Positions 53,401 to 64,000 are shown, numbered from the stretch's first letter. The stretch is 64,000 nt of DNA from an uncultured Collinsella sp. (GCA_900541135.1 UQIG01000007.1:12616-76615), one strand, 5' to 3'. The notes: generated from the sequence alone by a model not told the origin. Made by a program: numbers and translations.

Positions 53401-55118
53401 GCCTGATCTCGCCTCCGCCGCATCACGACATCTACTCCATCGAGGACCTGGCGGAGCTTATCTTCGATCTTAAGAACGCCAACCCCGGTGCGCGCGTGTC
53501 GGTCAAGCTGGTCAGCGAGGCCGGCGTCGGCACCATTGCCACCGGCGTGGCCAAGGGTGCCGCCGACAAGATTTTGATCAGCGGCCATAACGGCGGCTCG
53601 GGTGCCGCGGCGCGCGATTCCATTTGGCACGCTGGCCTGCCGCTGGAGCTCGGCCTTGCCGAGGCCCAGCAGACGCTGCTGCAAAACGGCCTGCGCTCGC
53701 GCGTGGTGCTCGAGGCCGACGGCAAGCTCATGGACGGCACCGATGTTGCCGTCGCCTGCCTGCTGGGCGCCGAGGAGTTTGGCTTTGCGACCATGCCGCT
53801 CATCTCCATGGGCTGCCTCATGCAGCGCGACTGCCAGCAGGACACCTGCCCGGCCGGCATCGCTACGCAAAACTGCCGCCTGCGTCGCGGCTTCCGCGGC
53901 AAGCCCGAGCACGTTGAGCACTTTATGCTCTTTGTTGCCGAGCAGCTGCGCGAGGTCATGGCGAGCCTGGGCTTCCGCACCGTCGACGAGATGGTCGGCC
54001 ATCCCGAGTGCCTGCGCCAGATCGAGGTGCCGGGCAACCGCAAGGCCAACCAGCTCGATCTGTCTCCCGTGCTGGCGAGCGCGACCTGTGAGTTCGGTGC
54101 CCATATTCCGGGCGCCGACGGTCGCCACTTCCTTCCGCAGATGGCCGCGGACAGCGAGCTCGACAAGACGCTTGATTCCACGTTGTTTGTGCCCTATACG
54201 GCCGATGCCCGTGCGCACCTGCGTCCGATTCGCTTCCGCGCCGATATCGCCAACGTCAACCGCTGCGTGGGCACTATCTTGGGCAACGCGGTGACCAAGG
54301 CGCATCCCGAGGGCCTGCCCGCCGGCTCCATCACCATCGATTGCGATGGTTCGGCCGGTCAGAGCTTTGGTGCCTTCCTGCCGCGCGGCATTACGCTCAA
54401 CGTGTGCGGCGACGCCAACGACTACTTTGGCAAGGGCCTTTCGGGCGGTGAGGTGTCGGTGCGCCCCAACCCGCATGCGACCTACAAGTTCGACGAGAAC
54501 ATCATCGTGGGCAACGTTGCGTTCTTTGGTGCCACGAGCGGCCGCGGCTTCATTAACGGTCTTGCCGGCCAGCGTTTTGCCGTGCGCAACTCCGGTGCCA
54601 CCGTGGTGGTCGAGGGCTGCGGCAACCATGGCTGCGAGTACATGACGGGCGGTCTGGCGCTCATCCTGGGCGAGGTCGGGCAGAATTTTGCCGCCGGCAT
54701 GACGGGTGGTGTGGCCTACGTCTTTGACCAGTACGGCACGCTCAGTGCCCGCGTGAACCATGAGAGCGTGGAGCTCAAGGCCCCGACGGCCGGCGAGCTG
54801 GCGCAGGTTCGCGAGCTCATCCAGGAGCACGTGGACGCGACGCAGAGCCCACGCGGCATCAAGCTGCTCTACAGCTTTGAGACGATGAGCAAGCACTTTG
54901 TGAAGGTCATTCCGACCGAGTACGAGCGCGTGCTGGCGATTGTCGCCGCGGGCGAGGCCGTGGGCAAGACGCATGCGCAGGCCGAGGAGTTGGCGTTTGA
55001 CATCGTGACCGGCCGCGCGAGTGCCGCGGATGTCGCTCGCTTTGATGTCGCGGGCGGCGCTGCGGACACTGCGTCCGTGGCTGCCAGCTCTGTTGCTTCG
55101 ACCAAGAAGGAGGCGTAA
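50421..55118 (+). CDS. gltB: Glutamate synthase large subunit
   Basis: HDACGIG, HNGEIN, MEPWDGPA, QGAKPGEGG, GXGXG C-terminal domain. Confidence 0.97.
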   Translation: MQADSAQQQGLCRPEFDHDACGIGALADINGERHHQILDDALSILVNLEHRGGTGLEKNTGDGAGILFQVPHHFFRKEAQKCGQILPAEGDYGVAMLFFPQDDKGVEDARRVFEEGCAEAGVPLLFWREVPVDPHDLGETARACMPTILQAFLGRPDDTPAGDAFERRLYVCRRTIEKKADAEFALRDKIFYVCSMSSRTIVYKGMLVATQMRRFFIDLNDAAVKTAVALVHSRYSTNTTPSWERAHPNRFIIHNGEINTLKGNVNWIRAREPNLYSPVLQHDLERVMPIINREGSDSAILDNVLEFLVMNGRPLTRAASMLLPEPWDHNDSLSEERRAYDAYQSMLMEPWDGPAAIAFTDGRTLGAALDRNGLRPARYYVTRDGRFMLASEVGTIEVSPENILTSGCLGPGQMLEVDFARGRVIYNEELRARYAKEKPYRDWIAEETLTVDALDRPATATPVEDAEVPAAVRMAKLGYHWDDVDEVVRPMAQQGKAPLASMGIDAPLACLSKKTRSFYDYFYQLFAQVTNPPIDALREHMVTSTTLYLGNHGNLLEDSRTACQLVRLERPLLNEEEFERICAIDRVGFKTCRFRAVYRRDAGEGALQATLKQLAEDVEAAVRDGVNIVVLSDRAAAGEVPVPSLLAVGCVHNHLIRAGVRTFADIVVECGDAVSPHDFAALVGYSASGIYPYNAHACIRDLAARGDLDVTAEQGIANYNKAATAGIVSIMSKMGISTVQSYHSAQIFEAVGFTPEFVNAYFAGTVSRVGGMGVEDVEREQNERYDAALAILKSPAPDQLPTLGLTKWRPLGGEDHLIDPQTVYLLQTACHEDSYDAFKEYSARLHRTGRAVRLRDLLDFDASGRTPVALDEVEPALNIVRRFNTGAMSYGSISKEAHECMAIAMNRLHGRSNSGEGGEDPRRETPLANGDSKNSAIKQVASARFGVTSRYLCSAFEIQIKMAQGAKPGEGGHLPGKKVYPWIAEVRQSTPGIGLISPPPHHDIYSIEDLAELIFDLKNANPGARVSVKLVSEAGVGTIATGVAKGAADKILISGHNGGSGAAARDSIWHAGLPLELGLAEAQQTLLQNGLRSRVVLEADGKLMDGTDVAVACLLGAEEFGFATMPLISMGCLMQRDCQQDTCPAGIATQNCRLRRGFRGKPEHVEHFMLFVAEQLREVMASLGFRTVDEMVGHPECLRQIEVPGNRKANQLDLSPVLASATCEFGAHIPGADGRHFLPQMAADSELDKTLDSTLFVPYTADARAHLRPIRFRADIANVNRCVGTILGNAVTKAHPEGLPAGSITIDCDGSAGQSFGAFLPRGITLNVCGDANDYFGKGLSGGEVSVRPNPHATYKFDENIIVGNVAFFGATSGRGFINGLAGQRFAVRNSGATVVVEGCGNHGCEYMTGGLALILGEVGQNFAAGMTGGVAYVFDQYGTLSARVNHESVELKAPTAGELAQVRELIQEHVDATQSPRGIKLLYSFETMSKHFVKVIPTEYERVLAIVAAGEAVGKTHAQAEELAFDIVTGRASAADVARFDVAGGAADTASVAASSVASTKKEA

Positions 55119-55123
55119 GTGCC

Positions 55124-56605
<1,482 letters not shown>

Positions 56606-56607
56606 GG

Positions 56608-56682
56608 TAGTCATTTAAGAACGTCCCCCATGACTAGCCATTGGGGACGTTCTTTTTTGTCTAGTCGTTGGGGACACTCTTC
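56608..56682. repeat. GGGGAC/GACTAG REP-like cluster
   Basis: AAGAACGTCCCC...GGGGACGTTCTT hairpin plus CTAGTCGTTGGGGACACTCTT (reverse complement of ~16845-16865). Confidence 0.7.
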
Positions 56683-56970
56683 GCGGGGCGCCTGTTCGTT
56701 TGTCGACGTACAAGTGTTCATTCGTCGACGTTTGCGCCTGTGCTACTCTGCTCTTTCTGTGGTGGCTGCGGGCATCTGGCTCAAAAGGGCGGGTTGGCTG
56801 TCTATGTCTACCTGCGGTTTCTTTGCGGTGTGCTCATTCGGTCAAGTGTCCCGTCAAGTGTTTGGTTAGCATCTGGTTTGCAGTCGAAGGCCTATTTTGC
56901 CCGCGCTTGCCTCGGTTGCCCGCCCTCCTCGTAAGCTCAAATTGAGGCCCATCAGTTTGAGGAGGATGCC

Positions 56971-57678
56971 ATGACTGACCAAGTTTTTAACCGAGCAGAG
57001 CTGGCCGAAGCCGTTGGCAACGATATTGCCGACATGGCCCACTTTTGGATGCTGCGGAAGTTTCAATTCCTGGAGCCGGCGCGCGAGCAGTTCGAGATTA
57101 TCGTCGATCCGTGGCTCAGCTATTGCGAGGAACCTTCTCAAAACGAAATCATGGCCTACAACATGGCGTTTACCGATTGGCTGCTGTTTGAGCGCCCCTA
57201 TTACCACGGCAAGACGCTGTTGGAACTGTATGTGGACGAGCCGCCAGCGTCAATTTCTCCTGCTTCGCTCGGGCGTCTTAAGCAGGTGCGTGACACGCAG
57301 TATTTCTCGCGCTTTGGCATTTTGGACAAGGATCCCGCGACCGGCATGGTCGTGCTGAAGGATACGCGCACCGACCGTCGCTTTGACGTCTACGACCCAC
57401 ATATCGTGCAAAAGGAGCACTGGAACGATGGTGCGATTGCGGTGCGACTCGCGTGCGTCGACGATGTCTGGCTGACGGCGGGGCAGCTCTACCTGTATGA
57501 CATCGCGCGCCTGAGCGACACGGCGGTCGACGGGCCGGGCGCGGTGCATCCCGAGGACCTAGAGGACGGTTTCGACACCTCGTGCGTCAGCTTCTTTTTG
57601 CGCCTGGTCCGCGACATCATGGGCGCCCAGGGGCGCTACGTGAAGTCGCTCAATATTTACGAGCAGGAATGGGAGTAG
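56971..57678 (+). CDS. Hypothetical protein (235 aa)
   Basis: GAGGAGG RBS, host-like codon usage; AFTDWLLFE..GKTLLELY motif. Confidence 0.8.
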   Translation: MTDQVFNRAELAEAVGNDIADMAHFWMLRKFQFLEPAREQFEIIVDPWLSYCEEPSQNEIMAYNMAFTDWLLFERPYYHGKTLLELYVDEPPASISPASLGRLKQVRDTQYFSRFGILDKDPATGMVVLKDTRTDRRFDVYDPHIVQKEHWNDGAIAVRLACVDDVWLTAGQLYLYDIARLSDTAVDGPGAVHPEDLEDGFDTSCVSFFLRLVRDIMGAQGRYVKSLNIYEQEWE

Positions 57679-57718
57679 GGGATGGGCGGTTGTCGCCTGC
57701 CTTGCCCTCTGCCTTTAT

Positions 57719-58015
57719 GTCTCGATCTGTAACGTTTAGGGACAAAAAACCGGTCTACCTGTTACAGATCGAGACGAACGCTTGGGTGCCGCTGGTTTGT
57801 CTAAATCTGTAACGTTTGGGGGCCTGGAGAACGTCTAACTGTTACAAATCGAGACGGAAGGTTGGCGCCTGCCGAAAGATCTCGATCTGTAACGGGAAGG
57901 GGCCAAAAATCGGTCTAACTGTTACAGATTGAGACAAATGTCGGCCGCACGACTGAAAATCTCGATCTGTAACAACTAGAGGCTTAAAGACTGTCTTCCT
58001 GTTACAGATCGAGAC
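57719..58015. repeat. 80-bp-period palindrome array (family A), 4 units
   Basis: Units at 57719, 57799, 57879 and 57959; 15-bp arms, 27-nt loop, 23-nt linker. Confidence 0.95.
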
Positions 58016-58017
58016 GT

Positions 58018-59112
58018 TTGTCGACAGAGGCGACGGTGACAATGGTCCATTTGTCCGATGTGGTGGTGATGGAAGTGTCTAATACCGTTTTCAAACACAA
58101 GCATGCAACACGTAACACCTTGGCGCGGAATAGGATGCTTGCCAGGCTCGCGAAGGCGGCTGAACAAGGCGTGCTGCTTGTGACGCACGACAATGCCGAG
58201 CTCATGTGGCTGCGGCGTCATGTGGGAACCGATGATATTGCGGAGCCCGAGTCGTATCTGTTCTGCTTTCAACATGATTGGGATGCGTTGACGCCGACGG
58301 AGCGAGCACTACGTACCATCAGAGGGCTTGCGGAGTTTCATCCCGATTGGGCGTTTTGGGGTTATGACGCGGCACTTTTGTGGGGTCTGGAGGTGCCGAA
58401 TGATCTGCTTGGGCCGCGATTTCTTGTTAAGACAGGTTGCTCGGTGCCGCTGAGTGCAGGATGCCGGCTGTTGCGTCCGCGGACGGCGGGTGCGCTTGAA
58501 CAAGCCGACGGCGTGCGGGCGACGCCGTTTTGGCGCACGGTAGAGGATTGCCTGCTGCGCGCGCCGTTTTCGTATGGCCTGGCGATTGCCGATTCTGCGT
58601 TGCGGACAAAGGGCGTATCGCGCGATGACTTTTGTGAGCGGCTTCGTATAGATTGTGAAGGCAAGCACGGGTATCGCAGAGCGCAGGTGATCGCGTCGTA
58701 TGCGGACGGGCTGTCCGAAAACGGTGGCGAGTCTCGGTTCCGAGCGTTCTTTATTGCATACGGGTTTCTGGTGCCAGAGTTGCAGGTGGAGTTTCGTGAT
58801 CCGCTCAATCCGAATCAGGTATTTCGAGTCGACTATTTCTGGAGACTCGAGGACGGGGCGTGCGTGATTGGCGAGCTCGATGGAAAGGGAAAGTATACCC
58901 TGCAGGATGGTGGGGATCGGGAGTCGGTCGACCCATTCGTGGCGGAACGTCAACGGGAGTCCCATCTGACGATGCTCGGACATAAGGTACTGAGGTTTAC
59001 GTTTGATGAGCTCAAGAACCCGGGGAAGCTGGCTGAAAAGCTGAGACTGGCGGGCATTCCGCAGCGGGTCGATTTGGCTGAGGAATGGAGACGGCAGTGG
59101 TATGGGTGCTGA
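58018..59112 (+). CDS. AbiEi-like N-terminal region plus Vsr/DUF559-like PD-(D/E)XK nuclease domain (true start uncertain, possibly TTG 58120)
   Basis: AALLWGL, TPFWRTVEDC, LAIADSALR, SENGGESR, PELQVEF, RVDYFW, IGELDGKGKY, ERQRE..L...G.KVLRF. Confidence 0.75.
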   Translation: MSTEATVTMVHLSDVVVMEVSNTVFKHKHATRNTLARNRMLARLAKAAEQGVLLVTHDNAELMWLRRHVGTDDIAEPESYLFCFQHDWDALTPTERALRTIRGLAEFHPDWAFWGYDAALLWGLEVPNDLLGPRFLVKTGCSVPLSAGCRLLRPRTAGALEQADGVRATPFWRTVEDCLLRAPFSYGLAIADSALRTKGVSRDDFCERLRIDCEGKHGYRRAQVIASYADGLSENGGESRFRAFFIAYGFLVPELQVEFRDPLNPNQVFRVDYFWRLEDGACVIGELDGKGKYTLQDGGDRESVDPFVAERQRESHLTMLGHKVLRFTFDELKNPGKLAEKLRLAGIPQRVDLAEEWRRQWYGC

Positions 59113-59153
59113 GGGGTGCGGCTGACGCGGGTGTGGTTGTTCCTACCGAGTTT

Positions 59154-59451
59154 GTCTCGATCTGTAACAACAAGGGGCCGTTTGGCCTCGTAACTGTTAC
59201 AGATCGAGACAGAAGGTTGGCTGCCGCTAAAAGATCTCAATCTGTAACATCTAGAGGCCGAAAACCTGTCTACTTGTTACAGATTTAGACGTTTGGCGAC
59301 GGGGCTGGAGAATATCTCGATCTGTAACATCTAACGGCCAAAAACCGGTCTACATGCTACAGATTGAGACAAAGGTTGGACGCGGTACCGAAAAATCTCG
59401 ATCTGTAACACTTGGAAGGTTAAAGACGGTCTACCTGTTACAAATCAAGAC
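59154..59451. repeat. 80-bp-period palindrome array (family A), 4 units
   Basis: Units at 59154, 59234, 59314 and 59395 (last linker 24 nt). Confidence 0.95.
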
Positions 59452-59603
59452 GTTTTGCTGGAACGACCGGAACATCGCCGCGCTGTCTCCGTTTGCCCTC
59501 ACATCTCTCTCGTCCCTCCGTTAACCGATATGTCCGCAGCAATCCTTCCGCGCTGGGTAATAATGGACAAATGTCCAAGTTAATCGTGAGGGAGGAGCTC
59601 GAT

Positions 59604-60974
59604 ATGGCGACTGCCGATCGTCCCACGTTGTTTATCAATGCGACCGTTCTGGATGGCTCGGAGCATATGGAGCCGCAGCCCGATATGGCCGTGGCCGTCG
59701 AGCGCGGTGTCATTACCTGGATGGGACCGAGCGCCGTGGCCCAAGCTCCGGCGGGTGCCGAGGTCATCGACCTGGCAGGTGCGTATCTCATGCCGGGTCT
59801 CATCAATATGCACGTGCATCTGTGCGGTTCGGGCAAACCGGTCTCGGCGGGAGATGCCGGCGCGCTGATGAAGAAGCTCGACAATCCCGTGGGCCGCGCC
59901 ATCGTGCGCCATATCCTCAAGGGCAGCGCTCAGCAGCAGCTGGCAAGCGGCGTGACCACGGTGCGCGGAGCGGGCGACCCGCTGTTTGCCGATATTGCCG
60001 TGCGCAACGCCATCGACGCTGGCAAGTATCAGGGTCCACGTCTGGTGGCACCGGGAACGGGTGTCACGGTGCCGGGTGGCCACGGTGCAGGCCTCTTTGC
60101 GCAGGTGGCCAATACTCCCGCAGAGGCAGCCCAGCAGGTGCGCGACCTGTATGCGCGCGGTGCCGACGTCATCAAGCTGTTCGTGACGGGCGGCGTTTTC
60201 GATGCGACCGAAGTAGGCGAGCCGGGCGTGCTGCGCATGTCGGTTGAGGTTGCCGCCGCGGCGTGCAAGGCGGCGCACGAGGTTGGCCTGCCGGTCATGG
60301 CCCATGTCGAGAGCACCGAAGGTGTGAAGGCCGCGCTTCAGGCCGGCGTCGACACAATCGAGCATGGCGCTCCGATGACCCCCGAGATCCTGGAGCTGTA
60401 CCGCGGCGCTGCGGGAACACAGCTCGAGGGACGCGCGCCGAGCGTGACCTGCACGATCAGTCCGGCGCTGCCGTTTGTGTTGCTCGATCCGGAAAAGACC
60501 CATTCGACCGAAACGCAAAAGAAGAACGGTGACATCGTGTGCTCGGGTATCATCGAGAGCGCTCGCGCCGCCCTGGATGCCGGCGTTAAGGTGGGCCTGG
60601 GCACGGACTCGAGCTGCCCGTTCGTGACGCAGTACGACATGTGGCGTGAGGTGGCCTATTTTGCCAAGTACGTGGGCGTGGGCAACGCTTTCGCGCTGCA
60701 TACGGCCACGCAGGTCAATGCCGAGCTGCTGGGGCTGGGCGGCGAGACCGGCACAATCGAGTGCGGCAAGGCCGCCGATATTCTGGTGACGTGCGAGAAC
60801 CCGCTCGATGACCTGTGCGCACTGCGTGATCCGACGCACGTGATGTGTCGCGGTGATCTGGTGCGCAAGCTCAAGGTGAAGCGTATTCCCGAGGTGGACG
60901 CCGAGCTCGACGCGATTATGGCCATGCCTGCCGAGGCGTTGGCCGAGGAGCTTGCCCGCGATGGCGTGGCGTAA
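59604..60974 (+). CDS. Metal-dependent amidohydrolase (Xaa-Pro dipeptidase-like)
   Basis: PGLINMHVH, IKLFVTGG, MAH, IEHG, GTDS, GKAAD. Confidence 0.9.
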   Translation: MATADRPTLFINATVLDGSEHMEPQPDMAVAVERGVITWMGPSAVAQAPAGAEVIDLAGAYLMPGLINMHVHLCGSGKPVSAGDAGALMKKLDNPVGRAIVRHILKGSAQQQLASGVTTVRGAGDPLFADIAVRNAIDAGKYQGPRLVAPGTGVTVPGGHGAGLFAQVANTPAEAAQQVRDLYARGADVIKLFVTGGVFDATEVGEPGVLRMSVEVAAAACKAAHEVGLPVMAHVESTEGVKAALQAGVDTIEHGAPMTPEILELYRGAAGTQLEGRAPSVTCTISPALPFVLLDPEKTHSTETQKKNGDIVCSGIIESARAALDAGVKVGLGTDSSCPFVTQYDMWREVAYFAKYVGVGNAFALHTATQVNAELLGLGGETGTIECGKAADILVTCENPLDDLCALRDPTHVMCRGDLVRKLKVKRIPEVDAELDAIMAMPAEALAEELARDGVA

Positions 60975-61024
60975 GCGCGCGATATGGCGATGCGACAAAG
61001 GGACAATCCTTTTGTCATAATCAG

Positions 61025-61060
61025 AAAAAGCCGAGGTCCCAGTGCGAGGCCTCGGCTTTT
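61025..61060. terminator. Bidirectional terminator
   Basis: AAAAAGCCGAGG...CCTCGGCTTTT between convergent genes. Confidence 0.8.
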
Positions 61061-61081
61061 ATTTGTCCCATGGTATGGCGG

Positions 61082-61555
61082 CTATGAGCGCGTCTCCATC
61101 TTGGCATGGCACTTGGGGCAGGTGACGCGGATCTTGCCTTTGCCCTTGGGAACGGAGAGCATCTGGCCGCAGTTGGGGCACTTGAGATAGGCCGTGGTCT
61201 TGCGGCCCTTCCACATCTTCTTGGCTGTGCGCTTGGCACGTTCAAAGTCTTCCTTGCTAGTACCGGCTGCGCGCGAGGCGTTGGCCGCTGCAGCTCCGCC
61301 GCCCAAGCTAGCTACAAACTTGCCCAAGCCGGGTACGTTTGCAGTCGCGGCGACAAAGGCCTCGTTCTCCTTGCGACGTGCATCGATATTTTTGGACAGG
61401 CCGCGCAGCACGCCAATCACGATTACGGCGATGGCAATCCAGCTGAGCCACTGGATACGAGCCATCGAACCGATCATGGCGATGATAATGCCTGCGAAGC
61501 CCATCACGATGGTGAGTTCGTCAGCGCCATTGCGGCCCTTCATAAAGTCATTCAT
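61082..61555 (-). CDS. Membrane protein with C-terminal zinc ribbon
   Basis: FMKGRNGADEL, two TM helices, KCPNCGQMLSVPKGKGKIRVTCPKC. Confidence 0.85.
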   Translation of the reverse strand: MNDFMKGRNGADELTIVMGFAGIIIAMIGSMARIQWLSWIAIAVIVIGVLRGLSKNIDARRKENEAFVAATANVPGLGKFVASLGGGAAAANASRAAGTSKEDFERAKRTAKKMWKGRKTTAYLKCPNCGQMLSVPKGKGKIRVTCPKCHAKMETRS

Positions 61556-61701
61556 GCAAATTGCCTTTCATTCGATATGCCGCACGCCTTTATACCCGAT
61601 TTAGAGCAAGGGGGACAGGTTAATCTGCACCAATGTGGTGCAAACGTACCTGTCCCCGGAATACCAAGACGGTGCAAAGAAGTCTGTCCCCAATGCCCCA
61701 A

Positions 61702-61974
61702 TTACTTGGAGAGTTTGTCGACGACGCGTTCGATTTCGGCGAGCTTGGCGGCTTTGAGGTCTTCGTCGCCCGATTCGATTGCCGAAGTCACGCAGCCCTC
61801 GATATGCGCCTTGAGCACGTCGGCGTTAATGCGCGCGAGGAGCGCCTGTGTGGCCATGAGCTGCGTGGAAATATCGACGCAGTAGCGGTCCTCATCGACC
61901 ATCCGCAGGATGCCGTCGATCTGACCGCGTGCCGTCTTGAGCATGCGGGTCACCGATTTATGGTCTGCCATCAT
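61702..61974 (-). CDS. csoR: CsoR-family metal-sensing repressor
   Basis: LKTARGQIDGI..M...RYCVDI..Q, H..GCV. Confidence 0.88.
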   Translation of the reverse strand: MMADHKSVTRMLKTARGQIDGILRMVDEDRYCVDISTQLMATQALLARINADVLKAHIEGCVTSAIESGDEDLKAAKLAEIERVVDKLSK

Positions 61975-62016
61975 AGCGGGTCCTCGTTTCTGGTCGATTT
62001 TCCAGATGCCCCGTCA

Positions 62017-62081
62017 GTTGCGGTGAAATAGTTCTTGTTTGCAGGCTTGAAGCGCTAAAACAGGAACTATTTCACCGCAAC
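62017..62081. repeat. 65-bp palindromic repeat (family B)
   Basis: GTTGCGGTGAAATA-N37-TATTTCACCGCAAC. Confidence 0.92.
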
Positions 62082-62108
62082 TTCTGAGGATTGAGTAGGC
62101 GGCGCCTG

Positions 62109-62330
62109 CTACGCGGCGGTCACGGACAGGGCGTGGAACTTCTCGCCGGCGCCCTCGACGGCGGCGGCGAGCTGCTCGGCGGTCACGGTGTCGGCGCACT
62201 CTACCTGGACGGTCTGGGTCTCGTGATCGGCGTCGGCATCGGTCACGCCTGCCACGTTGAGCAGCGCCGTCTCGACAGTGGCGTCGCAGTGGCCGCACAT
62301 GAGGCCAGACGTTTTAACGATGTAGTTCAT
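62109..62330 (-). CDS. copZ: Copper chaperone (HMA domain)
   Basis: GLMCGHC motif; between the P1B ATPase and csoR. Confidence 0.85.
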   Translation of the reverse strand: MNYIVKTSGLMCGHCDATVETALLNVAGVTDADADHETQTVQVECADTVTAEQLAAAVEGAGEKFHALSVTAA

Positions 62331-62359
62331 GATTATCTCCTTTTCGTTGAGTACCTAAA

Positions 62360-62424
62360 GTTGCGGTGAAATACGGACTAAATAGCGGTTTAGCTAAGCA
62401 TGTTACGCTTTATTTCACCGCAAC
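62360..62424. repeat. 65-bp palindromic repeat (family B), overlapping the copA stop
   Basis: GTTGCGGTGAAATA-N37-TATTTCACCGCAAC. Confidence 0.92.
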
Positions 62425-64000
62425 TGATGGTTTAAAGGTTCGCAGACGCAGGGCATTGCTTACGACGCACACGCTCGACAGGCTCATGGCCGCGGCGCCG
62501 AACATCGGCGAGAGCTGCCAGCCGGTGAGGGGGAAGAACACGCCCGCGGCGAGCGGAATGCCGATGCCGTTGTAGAACAGTGCCCAGAACAGGTCCTGTT
62601 TGATGTTGCGGATCGTGGCGCGCGAAAGCTCGATGGCGCGGGCGACGTCCATGAGGTCGCTGCGCATGAGCACCACGTCGGCACCCTCCTTGGCGATATC
62701 GGCGCCGGTGCCGATGGCAAGGCCCACGTCGGCGCGCGCCAGGGCGGGGGAGTCGTTGATGCCGTCGCCCACCATGGCGACCTTGCCGCCCGCATCCTGC
62801 AGTTCGCGCACGTGGCGTTCCTTGTCGGCGGGGAGGACGTCGGCGATAACCTGCTCGCTGCTCAGCCCCACGCGGCGGGCGATGGCCTCGGCCGTCACGC
62901 GGTTGTCGCCGGTGAGCATGCGCACATCGACGCCGAGCTTGCGCAATGCGGCAATGGCAGCAGCGCTCGTCTCTTTGACCTCGTCGGCCACGGCGATGGT
63001 GCCGACAAGCTCACCGTTCTTGGCAAAGAACAGCGGCGTCTTGCCCTCGGCAGCGAACTGCTCGGCAAGACCGGTGGGCACCTCCGCGCCCAGCTCGTCC
63101 ATCAGACGAACGTTGCCGGCGGCGATGGCGTTTTGTCCCTCGCGCGCCGTAACGCCACGACCGGGCACGGCGGCAAAGTCCTCGACCATGCGTGCGACGA
63201 TTCCGCGCGCCCCGCACTCGGCCATAATCGCTTCGGCCAGCGGGTGCTCGCTCGAGCGCTCCAGCGCGGCGGCTAACTTGAGCAGCGCCTTTTCGCTCAT
63301 GGCAGGCGAGCCGTCGGCGCGCTCGGCAACCACAATATCGGTCACGGCCGGCTTGCCGCGGGTGACCGTACCCGTCTTGTCGAGCACCACGGTGCCCACG
63401 CTGCGCAGGTTTTCCAGCGCCTCGGCGCTCTTAAACAGAATGCCCATCTCGGCGCCCTTGCCGGTGCCAACCATAATGGCGACGGGCGTGGCCAGGCCCA
63501 GCGCGCACGGGCAGCTGATCACCAACACGGCCACGGCGGAGGTGAGCGCCTCGTTCACACTGCCGGTCAGCGCCATCCACGCCACAAAGGTCACGGCCGA
63601 GATCGCAAACACCACGGGCACAAACACGCCGGCGACCTTATCGGCCATGCGGGCGATGGGCGCCTTGGTGGCGTTGGCGTCCTCGACGAGCTGGATAATC
63701 TTGGCGAGCGACGTGTCGGCGCCCACGCGCGTGGCACGGAAGGTAAACGATCCGGTGCGGTTGACCGTGGCAGCGTTGACGGTGTCGCCGGCGGTCTTTT
63801 CCACGGGGATGGACTCGCCGGTGAGCTCACTCTCGTCCACGGCCGACGCGCCCTCGAGTACCACGCCGTCGACAGGGATAGACTCGCCGGGGCGCACGCG
63901 CAGCACCTGGCCGGGTAGGATGGCGTCGACGTCCACGGTGGTCTCGGTGCCGTCGTCGGCTACGATGGTCGCGGTCTTGGGCGCCAGGTCGATGAGCGCC
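62410..64000 (-). CDS. copA: Cu(I)-type P1B ATPase (partial; 5' end outside window)
   Basis: [40 protein letters not shown]. Confidence 0.93.
   Translation of the reverse strand, partial: ALIDLAPKTATIVADDGTETTVDVDAILPGQVLRVRPGESIPVDGVVLEGASAVDESELTGESIPVEKTAGDTVNAATVNRTGSFTFRATRVGADTSLAKIIQLVEDANATKAPIARMADKVAGVFVPVVFAISAVTFVAWMALTGSVNEALTSAVAVLVISCPCALGLATPVAIMVGTGKGAEMGILFKSAEALENLRSVGTVVLDKTGTVTRGKPAVTDIVVAERADGSPAMSEKALLKLAAALERSSEHPLAEAIMAECGARGIVARMVEDFAAVPGRGVTAREGQNAIAAGNVRLMDELGAEVPTGLAEQFAAEGKTPLFFAKNGELVGTIAVADEVKETSAAAIAALRKLGVDVRMLTGDNRVTAEAIARRVGLSSEQVIADVLPADKERHVRELQDAGGKVAMVGDGINDSPALARADVGLAIGTGADIAKEGADVVLMRSDLMDVARAIELSRATIRNIKQDLFWALFYNGIGIPLAAGVFFPLTGWQLSPMFGAAAMSLSSVCVVSNALRLRTFKPSVAVK

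Noticed and set aside
50397..54974. Very long antisense ORFs (also opposite secA, tyrS, rpoA, gltD)
   Set aside because: Shadow ORFs caused by high-GC codon bias of the real genes; no recognisable motifs.
57719..59451. CRISPR array interpretation of the 80-bp repeats
   Set aside because: Units are long-loop inverted-arm pairs with degenerate arms, the variable parts are loosely related to each other, and there are no cas genes or leader.

Overview
High-GC Coriobacteriia (Collinsella-like) chromosome segment; the taxon is inferred from gene content and style. It starts with the end of the ribosomal/alpha cluster (secY-adk-map-infA-rpmJ-rpsMKD-rpoA-rplQ-truA) and continues through housekeeping genes (argR, class A PBP, U32 protein, tyrS, ade, gltA, rpmE, secA, prfB, split transketolase, ftsEX, rnr, tRNA-Gln/Glu, smpB, mntH, gpmA, gltBD, cop locus). 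Accessory DNA comprises a ~7.3 kb decayed integrative island (19790-27111) bounded by 68-bp direct repeats, with a truncated tyrosine integrase, ABC exporter genes and a small secreted Tyr-rich protein, plus an IS3-family element (35239-36577). The strongest unexplained signal is a set of fixed-geometry palindromic repeat families. One has an 80-bp period (15-bp arms, 27-nt loop, 23-nt linker) and forms 4-unit arrays on both sides of a Vsr/DUF559-like nuclease gene (58018-59112), plus an orphan 2-unit array at 47808. Others are a dispersed 65-bp family (14-37-14, five copies, one split by the IS), a 62-bp-period array, and GGGGAC/GTCCCC REP-like elements.
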